From a virus, in IMG/VR virus record IMGVR_UViG_3300027976_000007, positions 64,001 to 128,000 of that record: a DNA stretch of 64,000 nucleotides. The stretch is one strand, 5' to 3'. This document shows, piece after piece, positions 1 through 9,505 of the stretch. How positions within the stretch are numbered: position 1 is the stretch's first letter; each line of letters starts with the position of its first letter. Position numbers and translations under genes: made by a program. The notes beneath the pieces are model-generated. The model saw nothing but the letters and a program-made list of their open reading frames with translations. It searched no databases and had not been told where the DNA came from.

Positions 1-753
1 AGAACATATATCCTCTAATGTTGTCTTCTTTGAGGTTAATGTAGGAAAGAGTTTAAATAGTTTTTTAGGACCTAAACCTTTAACTCCTTTTAGTTTATCG
101 GAGGTATCCCCCATTAATGTTTTATATATAAGAAAATTTTCAGGGTAAACATTAAATTTATCTTTTACAGATTCCTTAGTATAGAATTCTTTCTCTATAG
201 GTCTATAGACTGTGACATTTGAATTTATAAGTTGGAGGAAATCTTGGTCTGAGGAAACTATGAATATTTTATCCTTTGGTTTTTTAGGGAGGTTGGTACT
301 TAGGAATGCTATAACATCATCAGCTTCAACTTTATCTATTATTATAGTTTTCACTGGGAGGGTTTTTAAATAATGTGTTATTCTTACTATTTGGTCTATT
401 TTGGAATCGTTTTCCTCATCTCGATCATCAAATACAAAAGTATTAACTCTCATAGTATCTCTTCCTGATTTATATTCAGATATTAAATTTTTTCTGCTTT
501 TAGAGGAATCTAAACCATCAAAAACTACATAGACCTCATACGGGTCCATAGTTTTTATCAGAAACCCTAAAGACCTAAAAAAACCCCCAAGACCTCCTAT
601 ATGAGAACCTTGAGGGTTTACCATATTTAATACTGCAAAATTCCTGAAAAATAAATTCAAACCATCAATAATGAGAACTCTTTTCCCTTCAACAGTCTCT
701 TTTCCTTCTTCCTTAACGTTATTAAGGAGATTAAATAAATTTTTTTTGTTCAT
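1..753 (-). CDS. 5'-3' exonuclease / RNase H-like flap endonuclease (PolI N-terminal domain type); partial, runs off the window start
   Basis: Not in the ORF track. Manual translation from ATG at 753 gives MNKKNLFNLL..VLIIDGLNLFFRNF..VYVVFDG..SRKNLISEYKSGR..VEADDVIA..IVSSDQDFLQL..LMGDTSDKLKGVKGLGPK, the standard 5'-3' exonuclease and helix-hairpin-helix motifs. Confidence 0.92.
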   Translation of the reverse strand, partial: MNKKNLFNLLNNVKEEGKETVEGKRVLIIDGLNLFFRNFAVLNMVNPQGSHIGGLGGFFRSLGFLIKTMDPYEVYVVFDGLDSSKSRKNLISEYKSGRDTMRVNTFVFDDRDEENDSKIDQIVRITHYLKTLPVKTIIIDKVEADDVIAFLSTNLPKKPKDKIFIVSSDQDFLQLINSNVTVYRPIEKEFYTKESVKDKFNVYPENFLIYKTLMGDTSDKLKGVKGLGPKKLFKLFPTLTSKKTTLEDICS

Positions 754-772
754 AAAATGTTTTGTATATTGA

Positions 773-804
773 TAAATATATAAAACTCTTATAGTAAAGC
801 CAAT
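773..804 (-). promoter_or_regulatory. Bacteroidetes-type housekeeping promoter (-33/-7)
   Basis: Minus strand reads ATTG-N20-TATATTTA upstream of the exonuclease start. Confidence 0.6.
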
Positions 805-1887
805 TTATTCAGGTTCAGAAGTAAAAGAATCTATATTATCATCATATTGATCATCCTCTTCCACTATATTAAAATCTCCCCCACCTAAGATAGCGGCCCA
901 AGTTTCAGAGTTGTCATCTTTATATTTTTTAAGGGATTTTTCATTATCTAAAATAAAACCATGAGGGGTCATTACTATTTTACCTCTAGTAGTAACTCCA
1001 TTTATGTGATTCTTATCAATTTGGATATTTACTCTTTTAGCGAATTCCACCTGTTTCCCGCTTTTGATAGCTTTTATTTTAGAAGTACCAGCATTTGATA
1101 TATTTCCAAAAGTAACTACAAAGGCAGCATCAAACCACATAGCAAAACCTCCTTTATTCATCAGCTTAGGTTTACCCATAGGAGATTCAGCCTTAGCGGT
1201 CCATACTTTGTTTATACAGACTAGGGTGTTTATGTAAGGATAGGATTCCTTTCGAGATAGTACTATTCTTTGGTTAACATTGTTCCCAAATTGAGTAGAC
1301 ATAGCTCCAGCATTCCATTCATTGTTGTTTTTGTTAGATCTTAGAGAAAGTTCACAAGGAACTGATCCTATTGAATCCCAAAGAAATAATAAATCCCAAG
1401 GTAGATTTCCTTTCTTTTGTTCATCTATCAAATCCAATATAAAGATAGCAACATCCTCTATGGAATTTATACTTTCTCTATCTATATAAATAAAATCCCC
1501 AGTATAGTCTACAATTTCTCCAGTATCAGGATCTTTTACTTCATTTACTTCGAGACCCATTTGGATAGCATGTTCCCAATTCCACTTCATCTCCGTAATA
1601 ATAAATACAGGTAGTACTTTTCTTTTCTGGGCAGACACCGCCGCCTCTAAAAGGGCGGTTGTTTTTCCCGTATCCGAATGACCTCTGAGCAAACTAATTT
1701 GCCCTTGAGGGATTCCTGGGGTTGATGTTATTTCTTGATAGGCTTCAGAAAGAGGGATCCAAGTTTGTTCTTTAAATTTGGAATTTGAAGCTAGACCCTT
1801 CTTATTCTTAAAACTATCTAAATTAAATTTATTTTTAATTTCTGAAGAAATAGCTTTTTTTAAATCTTGTGATTGTTTTTTAGCCAT
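805..1887 (-). CDS. uvsX: RecA/UvsX-like recombinase
   Basis: Walker A GHSDTGKT, Walker B LLFLWDSIGS, GG..MWFDA motif, KNHING. Confidence 0.88.
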   Translation of the reverse strand: MAKKQSQDLKKAISSEIKNKFNLDSFKNKKGLASNSKFKEQTWIPLSEAYQEITSTPGIPQGQISLLRGHSDTGKTTALLEAAVSAQKRKVLPVFIITEMKWNWEHAIQMGLEVNEVKDPDTGEIVDYTGDFIYIDRESINSIEDVAIFILDLIDEQKKGNLPWDLLFLWDSIGSVPCELSLRSNKNNNEWNAGAMSTQFGNNVNQRIVLSRKESYPYINTLVCINKVWTAKAESPMGKPKLMNKGGFAMWFDAAFVVTFGNISNAGTSKIKAIKSGKQVEFAKRVNIQIDKNHINGVTTRGKIVMTPHGFILDNEKSLKKYKDDNSETWAAILGGGDFNIVEEDDQYDDNIDSFTSEPE

Positions 1888-1897
1888 TTTTTAAAAA

Positions 1898-2704
1898 TTA
1901 AAAGGGTAGATCATCTTCTGGTGTTCCCTCCACATCATTTCCTTTAAATAAAGAATTGAATTTTTCGGAATCAGAGGATTTCTTTTTAAGATTATAATTA
2001 GTTGGGGGGGCTGTTTCTGTCACTAATTCACTATCATCATCTTCATCAGGTTGTAACCATTCTTCTAGAGAAGCTTTCATTTCGTCAAAAGAGTAAGCTT
2101 TAAATACAGACAAAGGATCTGTTTGTTCTTCTAAGAACTTTTCCACTTCTTCTTTTTTAGCTGATAGAGGAGACATTTTTAGGGATGGTGAGATTGTGGT
2201 TTTATTATAAGTGGTACCCGTTATTTCTGGACCTACAGTGTTTAACTTGATATCCCTACCATTTACTATGTCAGTATAGTCTCCTATTTCATCATCAACA
2301 GCCATTGTAAGAAAAGCTTCATAGATTTCTTTTCCAAACTGCCATAATTTAACTCCTTTATCTTCTTCTCCTCTTATGATTACGGGGACAAAAGTTCTTA
2401 CTTTAGCATCCAGTTTTTTAGCTAGTCTCCAATTTTCTTTATCATTACTATTTCTTAAAGATTTAGCGAATTCAAAAATAGGATCTTTATCTCCCCAATT
2501 TAAAGGAGAAGCCATTACTTTTTTACTTCCAATCCCATAGTAAAATTTCATTTCTTTGAAAGGCATTTTAGGGTTGAATTTTGAAGGAACGACTCTTATA
2601 ACCTCTTTCCCTGGAGTAGGTTTCCAAAATAGGTTTTTATCATAACCTCCAGTAGATTGATTGTTCAAAGAATCTAATTTGGTTTTTATTGCTTTTATAT
2701 CCAT
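1898..2704 (-). CDS. gp32-like single-stranded DNA-binding protein
   Basis: FWKP..IRVVP, GVKLWQFGKEIY, GDYTDIVNGRDI motifs and an acidic C-terminal tail ending EDDLPF. Confidence 0.85.
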   Translation of the reverse strand: MDIKAIKTKLDSLNNQSTGGYDKNLFWKPTPGKEVIRVVPSKFNPKMPFKEMKFYYGIGSKKVMASPLNWGDKDPIFEFAKSLRNSNDKENWRLAKKLDAKVRTFVPVIIRGEEDKGVKLWQFGKEIYEAFLTMAVDDEIGDYTDIVNGRDIKLNTVGPEITGTTYNKTTISPSLKMSPLSAKKEEVEKFLEEQTDPLSVFKAYSFDEMKASLEEWLQPDEDDDSELVTETAPPTNYNLKKKSSDSEKFNSLFKGNDVEGTPEDDLPF

Positions 2705-2733
2705 AGCGTATTTATGTTTTATTTATTATATGT

Positions 2734-2765
2734 TAAATATACGAAAGTCTTTTATCCCCGCCAAA
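2734..2765 (-). promoter_or_regulatory. Bacteroidetes-type promoter
   Basis: TTTG-N20-TATATTTA upstream of the SSB gene. Confidence 0.7.
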
Positions 2766-2781
2766 CTATAATGAATCCTTT

Positions 2782-4047
2782 TTAACGCATTTCATCATAA
2801 TTATACCCTTCCTTTACCTTAAATTTAAGATTATGTTTAATGAAAATATCTTTGATTTTATCGATTACCTCTTTGTCCTCATCAAGGGTATCGAATAAAA
2901 AGCTGTCATACGTATAAAGCACTAATTTTGTGGTTTTATCGTATAATATTTGTGACATATCCCATAACAATATCACATTAAGGTCTGTTTCTGTAGCTTG
3001 TAATATATAGTTTAATAGTTTTTGAGGATTCATATCTTTTAAAATAGAATTTTCAAATCTTTTTTTAGATATAGGACATTCTATAAATCCTTCTTTTTCA
3101 AATTTTTCCCATGTAGAATTAATATATTTATCTACTTCTTGGAAGAATTTTAAATGTTGATATTTTTCAAAGACCCCACCATATAACTGTTGGAAAGTTA
3201 TTTCTTTAGCTTTATCATAACTCACTTCATATAAATCCGCAAAATATTGATGAATATCTTTACCTCTAAAATCATAATTTATTATTTTGGAAAGTATTGT
3301 TGGATGATAAGCACTAATATCTATTTCTATAAATTTTTGGTTTTGAGGGATGAAGCTTTCTCTGCTTTTGTTACTTTTGTTTAAAGCCGCATAGTTTATA
3401 TTATTGAAAGAATTAGATGGTCTGCCCGTTGTAGTTTTTAAATTGTAATTAGTATAAATGTGTTTTTCTTCTGTTGGGTAAAAAATATTTGAAAATTTAA
3501 CAGGATCTATTTTAATTCCATTTTTTTCTATAAAGTTAAAAACTACAGATGATTTATTATTTAAAAATGTATTATGTTGTGACTTTATATAGGGTTTAAG
3601 ATCGTTATAGATTTTTTCACAATACTCATAATGTTTTACTATGGGGATTATTAAATTGAGGTCCTTTTTATTTTCATATTTTCTTTGGAAGAAATTATAA
3701 ACTGTGGGGAGAGTTAATTTATAATTTATATTATGGAAGGTTAAATCCATTATTTTAGGATGAATAATGTAATGTAAAAATTCCTTTTTATCTCTTACAT
3801 ATAAGGTTGAGAATGTTTCTAAAATTGAGATTGGAATCTCTTCTGACAGTAAAAAAGCCTCACTATGGTTAATGGGAAATATAAACCCCTTAGTAGAATT
3901 TAAAGGTCTTATATAAATTAGAGAAATAGAGTTAGTTATAGGATGTTGGAATGAGTTATAAGGAATAATTTCTACAAAACCTTCCTTATACCCTTCAGAC
4001 TTAAAATTTTTTACTTGTTCCTCTGTCTCTACTAACCAATACATCAA
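2782..4047 (-). CDS. polA: Compact family A DNA polymerase (likely start ATG at 4044)
   Basis: TTTGRPS, motif A EIDISAYHP, motif B KAKEITFQQLYG, LNYILQATETD, motif C LYTYDSFLFD. Confidence 0.85.
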   Translation of the reverse strand: MMYWLVETEEQVKNFKSEGYKEGFVEIIPYNSFQHPITNSISLIYIRPLNSTKGFIFPINHSEAFLLSEEIPISILETFSTLYVRDKKEFLHYIIHPKIMDLTFHNINYKLTLPTVYNFFQRKYENKKDLNLIIPIVKHYEYCEKIYNDLKPYIKSQHNTFLNNKSSVVFNFIEKNGIKIDPVKFSNIFYPTEEKHIYTNYNLKTTTGRPSNSFNNINYAALNKSNKSRESFIPQNQKFIEIDISAYHPTILSKIINYDFRGKDIHQYFADLYEVSYDKAKEITFQQLYGGVFEKYQHLKFFQEVDKYINSTWEKFEKEGFIECPISKKRFENSILKDMNPQKLLNYILQATETDLNVILLWDMSQILYDKTTKLVLYTYDSFLFDTLDEDKEVIDKIKDIFIKHNLKFKVKEGYNYDEMR

Positions 4048-4063
4048 TATAGGATTTATACTT

Positions 4064-4095
4064 TAAATATATAATCCTTTAAACTAAAAACCAAA
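4064..4095 (-). promoter_or_regulatory. Bacteroidetes-type promoter
   Basis: TTTG-N20-TATATTTA upstream of polA. Confidence 0.7.
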
Positions 4096-4096
4096 C

Positions 4097-6253
4097 TTAA
4101 CCATCACCATCAACTATAGTCCAAAAATGATCATTTCTTAAGGAGGCTCGAGCTGTTATTCCCTTACCTGATGGGGTTGATGATCCACCATGAAAGGTGA
4201 CATTCTTTAATACAGATTGAGATTCCCAACCAACCAATGTAGAATTATAATTAACAGTGGATAATGAATTACTTGTAAACATGGATTCAGCATTTTCTAG
4301 TAAAGTTACGATCCAGTTTCCTAAACTATAATTAAATATTATATTAAAAGCAAACATGAAGCTTGTATTCTCTAAGGCGGGAGTGTTCCATATTCCTATA
4401 TCTTGGTTAAATTTTAAAGCATTGGAAAACATATAAGCCATACTCTCCACTTTAATAGTATTCCATAAAGTTATGTCTTGGTTAAATTCAAGAGCAGCAA
4501 AAAACATATTACTCATTGTTATAACCTCAGCAGTATCCCATCCTCCTATATAAATGTCAAATATCGCAGCTCCAGCGAACATTCCCCCCATATTATTTAC
4601 CTTTGAGGTTATCCAGTTTGTTATTAAAGAATTAAACTTTGTAGTTATCCCAAAGGTACCTTCCATATTAACCACTTCTGAAGTATTCCAACTATTTAAA
4701 TTTTGGTTAAAGTCAACCGCACTATAAAACATGTAAGAAATGTTGAGGTTTTTTGACATATCCCAACTGTCCATAGGTTTATTATACTTTCTAGCATTTA
4801 TAAACATATAAGAGGTACTTAACAGAGCAGAAGTAATCCAGTTTTCTATAGATTGATTGTATATTAAAGCATTGTTAAACATCGAAACCATATATTTAAC
4901 TTTACGTACATCCCAATCCCCTATATATTGGTTATATTCCCAACATAGATAAAACATGGAACTCATATCTATAACATTCGAAGTATTCCAATCCCCTATA
5001 TATTGATTGAACTTTTTGCACCCCGAAAACATATAAGCCATATCAAGACAGGCTACGGTATTGAAACCATTAATACCATTAAATTCATTTAATATAAAAC
5101 AGTTTAGGAACATACTATTTAGGGAAGTAGCTTCATCTACTGAAAGGAAATCATTAGTTTCCACAGTCATGTTACTGCATCCATTAAATACATTAACCCC
5201 ATCTATTCCTATATCTAGGCAACCCCAATTTAGGATTTTTCTTACTTTTAAAGAATCAGCCACTCCCTCGAATTTCAAACCTCTTAAAATCCCTGTTATC
5301 CTTATAATATAAGTACCTTCTGTATCGTATGTATGGGTTTTAGATAGGTCTGAATGGGAAGTAACTGTACCTGTAGTGGAATCCCCCCAATTTACTATAA
5401 AATTATATGAGCTGTCTATTCCAGGAGTTGTAGGTATGGTAAAATCTAAACTTGAATTATTTACTTGTACCTCAAACATAAAGGATGAGGGATCAAATGG
5501 AGGGTTTAAGTTAGGGATATAAACTTCAAAAATTTCAGGTATATCAGGAGAATTGTTTGTTTTTTTAGAAAAAATTTCCTTAGATATTATAGGAGGTTTC
5601 CAAAATTTTAACCAATTATTGTTTAAAAAAGTAGAAAGGTTTGATTGTTTAAGCCTTCTTTCTTGGAGAAGTGTTATTTTTCTATTTACATTATATACTT
5701 CTTCCCTTTCCCCTACTATGGTCCAAGGCATGAAAAAAGTATTATATACCCCCCAATACCAATTTGGGTCTTGATCATTTAATTTATCATAGGTTTCCTT
5801 ACTAATTTCAGTATATATAGGTTGGTTTATTTTAAGGCAAAAAAATCTGTTAATAGATCCCTTCTCATAACTATCATCAGTAGGGGAAGGATAATATTGA
5901 GGGGGTAATAATTTATTTGTAGGCCTTAGGAGATTTATATTTTTTAAAAAAACATAATCTAATATTTCTTTTTGATTGTACCCCATAGTATCTAACGAAT
6001 CAAATACCGTAGGGAAATCCCCATAAGCTATTTGAGTTTGTAAGGTTTGGGGTTGGAAACTCTCCTCTACATTTGAAGGAAATGTTATAGGAAGGTTAGG
6101 AGGAGAATCAGGAGAAACCCCAGTAAAAAATTTTCCATTGGAAGTTTTATAATAAGGTCCTATATAAGGGATTTGACTTCCTTCATATACTAAAAAGTTA
6201 TTATTACTGCTAAATAAACCAGTAGTTATTTTATTTTTGGGAGTATAAGCCAT
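4097..6253 (-). CDS. Probable virion/baseplate protein fused to a PKD-like domain and BspA/DUF285 leucine-rich repeats
   Basis: N-terminal ~220-aa phage-type domain, Pro-rich linker, VNWGD..HTY..GTYIIRI (PKD-like), then about a dozen ~25-aa repeats of the form W(N/D)TSNVxxMxxMF..A..FNQ.IG. It is the last gene of the tail operon. Confidence 0.75.
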   Translation of the reverse strand: MAYTPKNKITTGLFSSNNNFLVYEGSQIPYIGPYYKTSNGKFFTGVSPDSPPNLPITFPSNVEESFQPQTLQTQIAYGDFPTVFDSLDTMGYNQKEILDYVFLKNINLLRPTNKLLPPQYYPSPTDDSYEKGSINRFFCLKINQPIYTEISKETYDKLNDQDPNWYWGVYNTFFMPWTIVGEREEVYNVNRKITLLQERRLKQSNLSTFLNNNWLKFWKPPIISKEIFSKKTNNSPDIPEIFEVYIPNLNPPFDPSSFMFEVQVNNSSLDFTIPTTPGIDSSYNFIVNWGDSTTGTVTSHSDLSKTHTYDTEGTYIIRITGILRGLKFEGVADSLKVRKILNWGCLDIGIDGVNVFNGCSNMTVETNDFLSVDEATSLNSMFLNCFILNEFNGINGFNTVACLDMAYMFSGCKKFNQYIGDWNTSNVIDMSSMFYLCWEYNQYIGDWDVRKVKYMVSMFNNALIYNQSIENWITSALLSTSYMFINARKYNKPMDSWDMSKNLNISYMFYSAVDFNQNLNSWNTSEVVNMEGTFGITTKFNSLITNWITSKVNNMGGMFAGAAIFDIYIGGWDTAEVITMSNMFFAALEFNQDITLWNTIKVESMAYMFSNALKFNQDIGIWNTPALENTSFMFAFNIIFNYSLGNWIVTLLENAESMFTSNSLSTVNYNSTLVGWESQSVLKNVTFHGGSSTPSGKGITARASLRNDHFWTIVDGDG

Positions 6254-8109
6254 TAGGTTGAAGGTGCTTTAAATATATAAAAATCCCAAAAATTACTATC
6301 TGTTGAACCATATATAAATTCAGCTCCATAATTAAGTCGAAGAGAAGAAGACCATTGAACTGGATTTATGTCTCCCACACATATTTGAGTGTGGCCAAGC
6401 TCTCTATGGCTTCCCTCTCCATCATTAGCATAATATACTACAACATCTCCATATTCATAATAATAAGGGGGATTAATAAGGGCTGCTAATCTTTCTTTAG
6501 ATATATTAGTACCAATTTTATGTTGAGTATATCCTATCTTTGTTAGGTTGGACCAATATTCTAAATTTTGATTAGCAGCCCCTCCGGAGGGTATTTGGGT
6601 CATTGGTGGGAATTGATCTTTCAGGAACCTAACATAGTTATAAGCCATATTATAGGTCCATCTAGCACACCACCCTTTCTTCTCTCCGTCTCTCTTGAAT
6701 ACAAAATTATAACTTTTTTGCATGGCATCTCTTCTATTCTGTGAAAATAGTGCTGATGGGAGAGAAGGAACAATTTTATAAAGATCGGAATTTTCACTGG
6801 TAGGTAGTAGGTTATTTTCTCTTATAGAAGCTTTTGGATTTATGTTAGACATTAAAGGAGAAATAGGCGGTAATTTACCTTTAGTAAAAGAAGGAGTTGC
6901 TAAGGTATCAATAGAAGTAATCCAAGAACTAGAATCTACTTTATGAGAAACGCTACTAACTATAATATCTATCTCTTTTGAATCATAAGATTTAGGGAGG
7001 ACACTATCGGACATTTTGAATTTTTGGTATAATTTAATTCCCGCCAGTCCATCTAAGTCTAAAGAGAGGTTGAAAGGGAGAAAGAATGGTCCCGCTATTT
7101 GCTGAGATGGGCCGGGTGTTGATAATTCTCCTATTTTATATTGAGAGTATTCTTGGTAATTAGATTTTAAACTATCTATATTTTCATCATTGAAATGGAT
7201 CCCTCCTCCATCATGGAGAAGATATGTTTTAGATATTAAATTTTTGAGGGTTTTTTCTGTTTTAAGGGGGGTCTTCTTCGATGTATCTTGCGTTCCCGGG
7301 GCTTCAGAGTAATTTATTTTTTCTGGGATTATTCTATCTATTAATCCTTTACTATAATTAGAGAAGGAGAGAGCATTTCCCCCTACTTGGTTGGAGTTTG
7401 ATTGGGCCCCTATCACAGCTAAAGCTTTCATATCATTAGGTATTTCAGAGGATAAGTTTATTTTTCTAATAAAACTTCCCTCCAACGATGAATTGGATTC
7501 TTTTATTCCGTATATATTAAATATAGAGTATTCTGGATCTGGGGTTTTGTTTTCTTTAGGGGTTTTTTCTATAAAATTTATTTTATTTCTATCTACTTGA
7601 ATCGAAATATCATTTATACCTCCCAAAGATTCAGTTATCCCCGCATTTATGGTTTTTAAAAATTCTAATATAGTAAAGGAATCTTTATTATTATTAATAT
7701 TTTCTGATGTTATGTTACTCAACCAATCTATATTTAGGTATAAATTAAATAATCTCCCCTGAAATATATCAGATGTGGTAAAATGGTTAGGGAGATTTAA
7801 TTCCTTTAAAGTTAAACATATTCTTGGATCAGAGGATATACTTCCTTCATATGTTAAAATATAATTTTCATCAGATTCTAAATTTTCAAAATCTATATTA
7901 AACCTCAAACAAGGGATGTCTCGATCATATAGCAAAAGTCTTGATTGAATTTGAGATAAGAGATAACCGTATTTTATATAGGTTTTAGGGTTACTTGAAG
8001 AATCATCTCCCCCAGAGGATGGGATCTTAATTATAGCATCTTTTATAATAAAAGTCTTACCCTCAAGAGATATCTTTTTAGGAAAGGTTGTATATACGCT
8101 GTTATCCAT
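6253..8109 (-). CDS. Baseplate hub-like protein with C-terminal CHAP/NlpC-type amidase domain
   Basis: Position in the baseplate cluster; LSLDLDGLAGIKLYQKF..VSHKV..WITSI hub-like motif; C-terminal GWCARWT..GDVVVY..GHTQI (Cys/His pair). Confidence 0.55.
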   Translation of the reverse strand: MDNSVYTTFPKKISLEGKTFIIKDAIIKIPSSGGDDSSSNPKTYIKYGYLLSQIQSRLLLYDRDIPCLRFNIDFENLESDENYILTYEGSISSDPRICLTLKELNLPNHFTTSDIFQGRLFNLYLNIDWLSNITSENINNNKDSFTILEFLKTINAGITESLGGINDISIQVDRNKINFIEKTPKENKTPDPEYSIFNIYGIKESNSSLEGSFIRKINLSSEIPNDMKALAVIGAQSNSNQVGGNALSFSNYSKGLIDRIIPEKINYSEAPGTQDTSKKTPLKTEKTLKNLISKTYLLHDGGGIHFNDENIDSLKSNYQEYSQYKIGELSTPGPSQQIAGPFFLPFNLSLDLDGLAGIKLYQKFKMSDSVLPKSYDSKEIDIIVSSVSHKVDSSSWITSIDTLATPSFTKGKLPPISPLMSNINPKASIRENNLLPTSENSDLYKIVPSLPSALFSQNRRDAMQKSYNFVFKRDGEKKGWCARWTYNMAYNYVRFLKDQFPPMTQIPSGGAANQNLEYWSNLTKIGYTQHKIGTNISKERLAALINPPYYYEYGDVVVYYANDGEGSHRELGHTQICVGDINPVQWSSSLRLNYGAEFIYGSTDSNFWDFYIFKAPST

Positions 8110-8111
8110 TA

Positions 8112-9176
8112 CTATTTTGCCTCTATAACTTTATTATTACGTTTTAATTTTTCTGTTGAATATTGGGGGATTAATTGGGATGCATCATATAGTAATTTAT
8201 CTATAAAAGATCTATCTCGATTAGATATTAAAACATTATCTTCATCTTCCTTATCTTCATCTTCCCCCCAACCCACATTTATTCCTGCTTTTAAAGACTC
8301 AATAATATCCCCTACAGAAGTAATAGTTATTTCACAACTATAACTCCCATCATTATCTAAAGCCCAACTGAAGTTAGAAACTTTCCCTAATATAGCCTCA
8401 TAGTTTCCTTTCTTATCTTTCTTTTCCACATCTATAACCTCATACATTTCATCTTGATTTATCCCTTTTAAGAATTTTATAAGAGGGTCTGAATGGAAAG
8501 TGTCCATTTTTTGTATAGTGTTATTTTTATCGAAAAAATGACTCCATCCAAATTCTAAAAGTAAAGTATATCCCGGTCTCATATATAATATATCTATAAT
8601 TTGGAGTTGGTTTTTACTAAAACATTTTATACTTATAGTGGATTCTGCTAATGTCCCATTATTTAGATATTTTGTAGTAGCTTGAGTTATACCAGGTAAA
8701 GGGATATATCCTCTTTCACTTGTTCCTAACCACCCATAAGATCCTTGGTTATTAAATTCCTGAGAATTTATCCCGGAATTTAACCCTAAATATTTATATT
8801 CTCCATTATTAAGGCCATCAGATACAGCCCCCCCAAATAATATACAGTTTCGGGCTAAATCACTTCCTTCAACCACAGGCCAATTTTCACTTAAAAGTTT
8901 TTGAATTATAGATGAAGGATCATTCACCTTAGGGGTAGGGGTTAAATTCGCGAAACTATAGTTTGAGTTGGGTATTATGTTGATGGAAAAAGGATTATGA
9001 TCATAGTGGTATAAAGAAGTATTAGAGAGATTTATAGAACTGGCCAACCTAATCCAAGGGGTTTTGGTGTTATATACTTGCAAGTTATGAGGATCTGTTG
9101 AGGTTCCTAATATCTTCTGTCTAGTTTCTATTTGTTCCTTTACCCAAGGGCTAAAAGGCTCTCCGAATATACTCAT
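8112..9176 (-). CDS. Baseplate hub/tail structural protein
   Basis: PWIRLASS, PLPGI, YMRPGYTLLLEFGWS, YEAILGKVSNFSW..DGSYSC; follows the LysM/gp53-like gene. Confidence 0.55.
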   Translation of the reverse strand: MSIFGEPFSPWVKEQIETRQKILGTSTDPHNLQVYNTKTPWIRLASSINLSNTSLYHYDHNPFSINIIPNSNYSFANLTPTPKVNDPSSIIQKLLSENWPVVEGSDLARNCILFGGAVSDGLNNGEYKYLGLNSGINSQEFNNQGSYGWLGTSERGYIPLPGITQATTKYLNNGTLAESTISIKCFSKNQLQIIDILYMRPGYTLLLEFGWSHFFDKNNTIQKMDTFHSDPLIKFLKGINQDEMYEVIDVEKKDKKGNYEAILGKVSNFSWALDNDGSYSCEITITSVGDIIESLKAGINVGWGEDEDKEDEDNVLISNRDRSFIDKLLYDASQLIPQYSTEKLKRNNKVIEAK

Positions 9177-9179
9177 TTT

Positions 9180-9503
9180 TTAAAGACCATTTAATAATTT
9201 ATAGTTTGTAAGGATTGAATTTAAGTTTGTAGGGATCCTTATTTGGGATCCTTCTAATATAGAAAGAGAACCGAAGTTAATAATATCAGGATTAGCTATA
9301 GATATTATCCAATATAAAGTGACATCTTTATAGAATTGTTGAGCTAAAATATCTAACCTGTCTCCAAATTCGGTTATTACATATATATCATTTTCATCTA
9401 ATGGAACTGTTGGATATTTTACTCCCTTATATGCAAGAGAATTACCACCCCTTAAGTCTTCATTTAGGTTCCTTATTTGTTTTATGTTAGAATATCTATT
9501 CAT
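9180..9503 (-). CDS. LysM-like baseplate wedge/tail protein (gp53 / tail-X-like)
   Basis: GDRLDILAQQFYKDVTLYWIISIANP..GSQIRIP. Confidence 0.8.
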   Translation of the reverse strand: MNRYSNIKQIRNLNEDLRGGNSLAYKGVKYPTVPLDENDIYVITEFGDRLDILAQQFYKDVTLYWIISIANPDIINFGSLSILEGSQIRIPTNLNSILTNYKLLNGL

Positions 9504-9505
9504 TA

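Noticed and set aside
8107-8135. Frameshift or readthrough joining 8112-9176 to 6253-8109
   Set aside because: The junction is TAG-TA-ATG with a proper ATG; the downstream frame has stops a few codons earlier and there is no clear slippery site. Two coupled genes suffice, although an ancestral single gene is possible.
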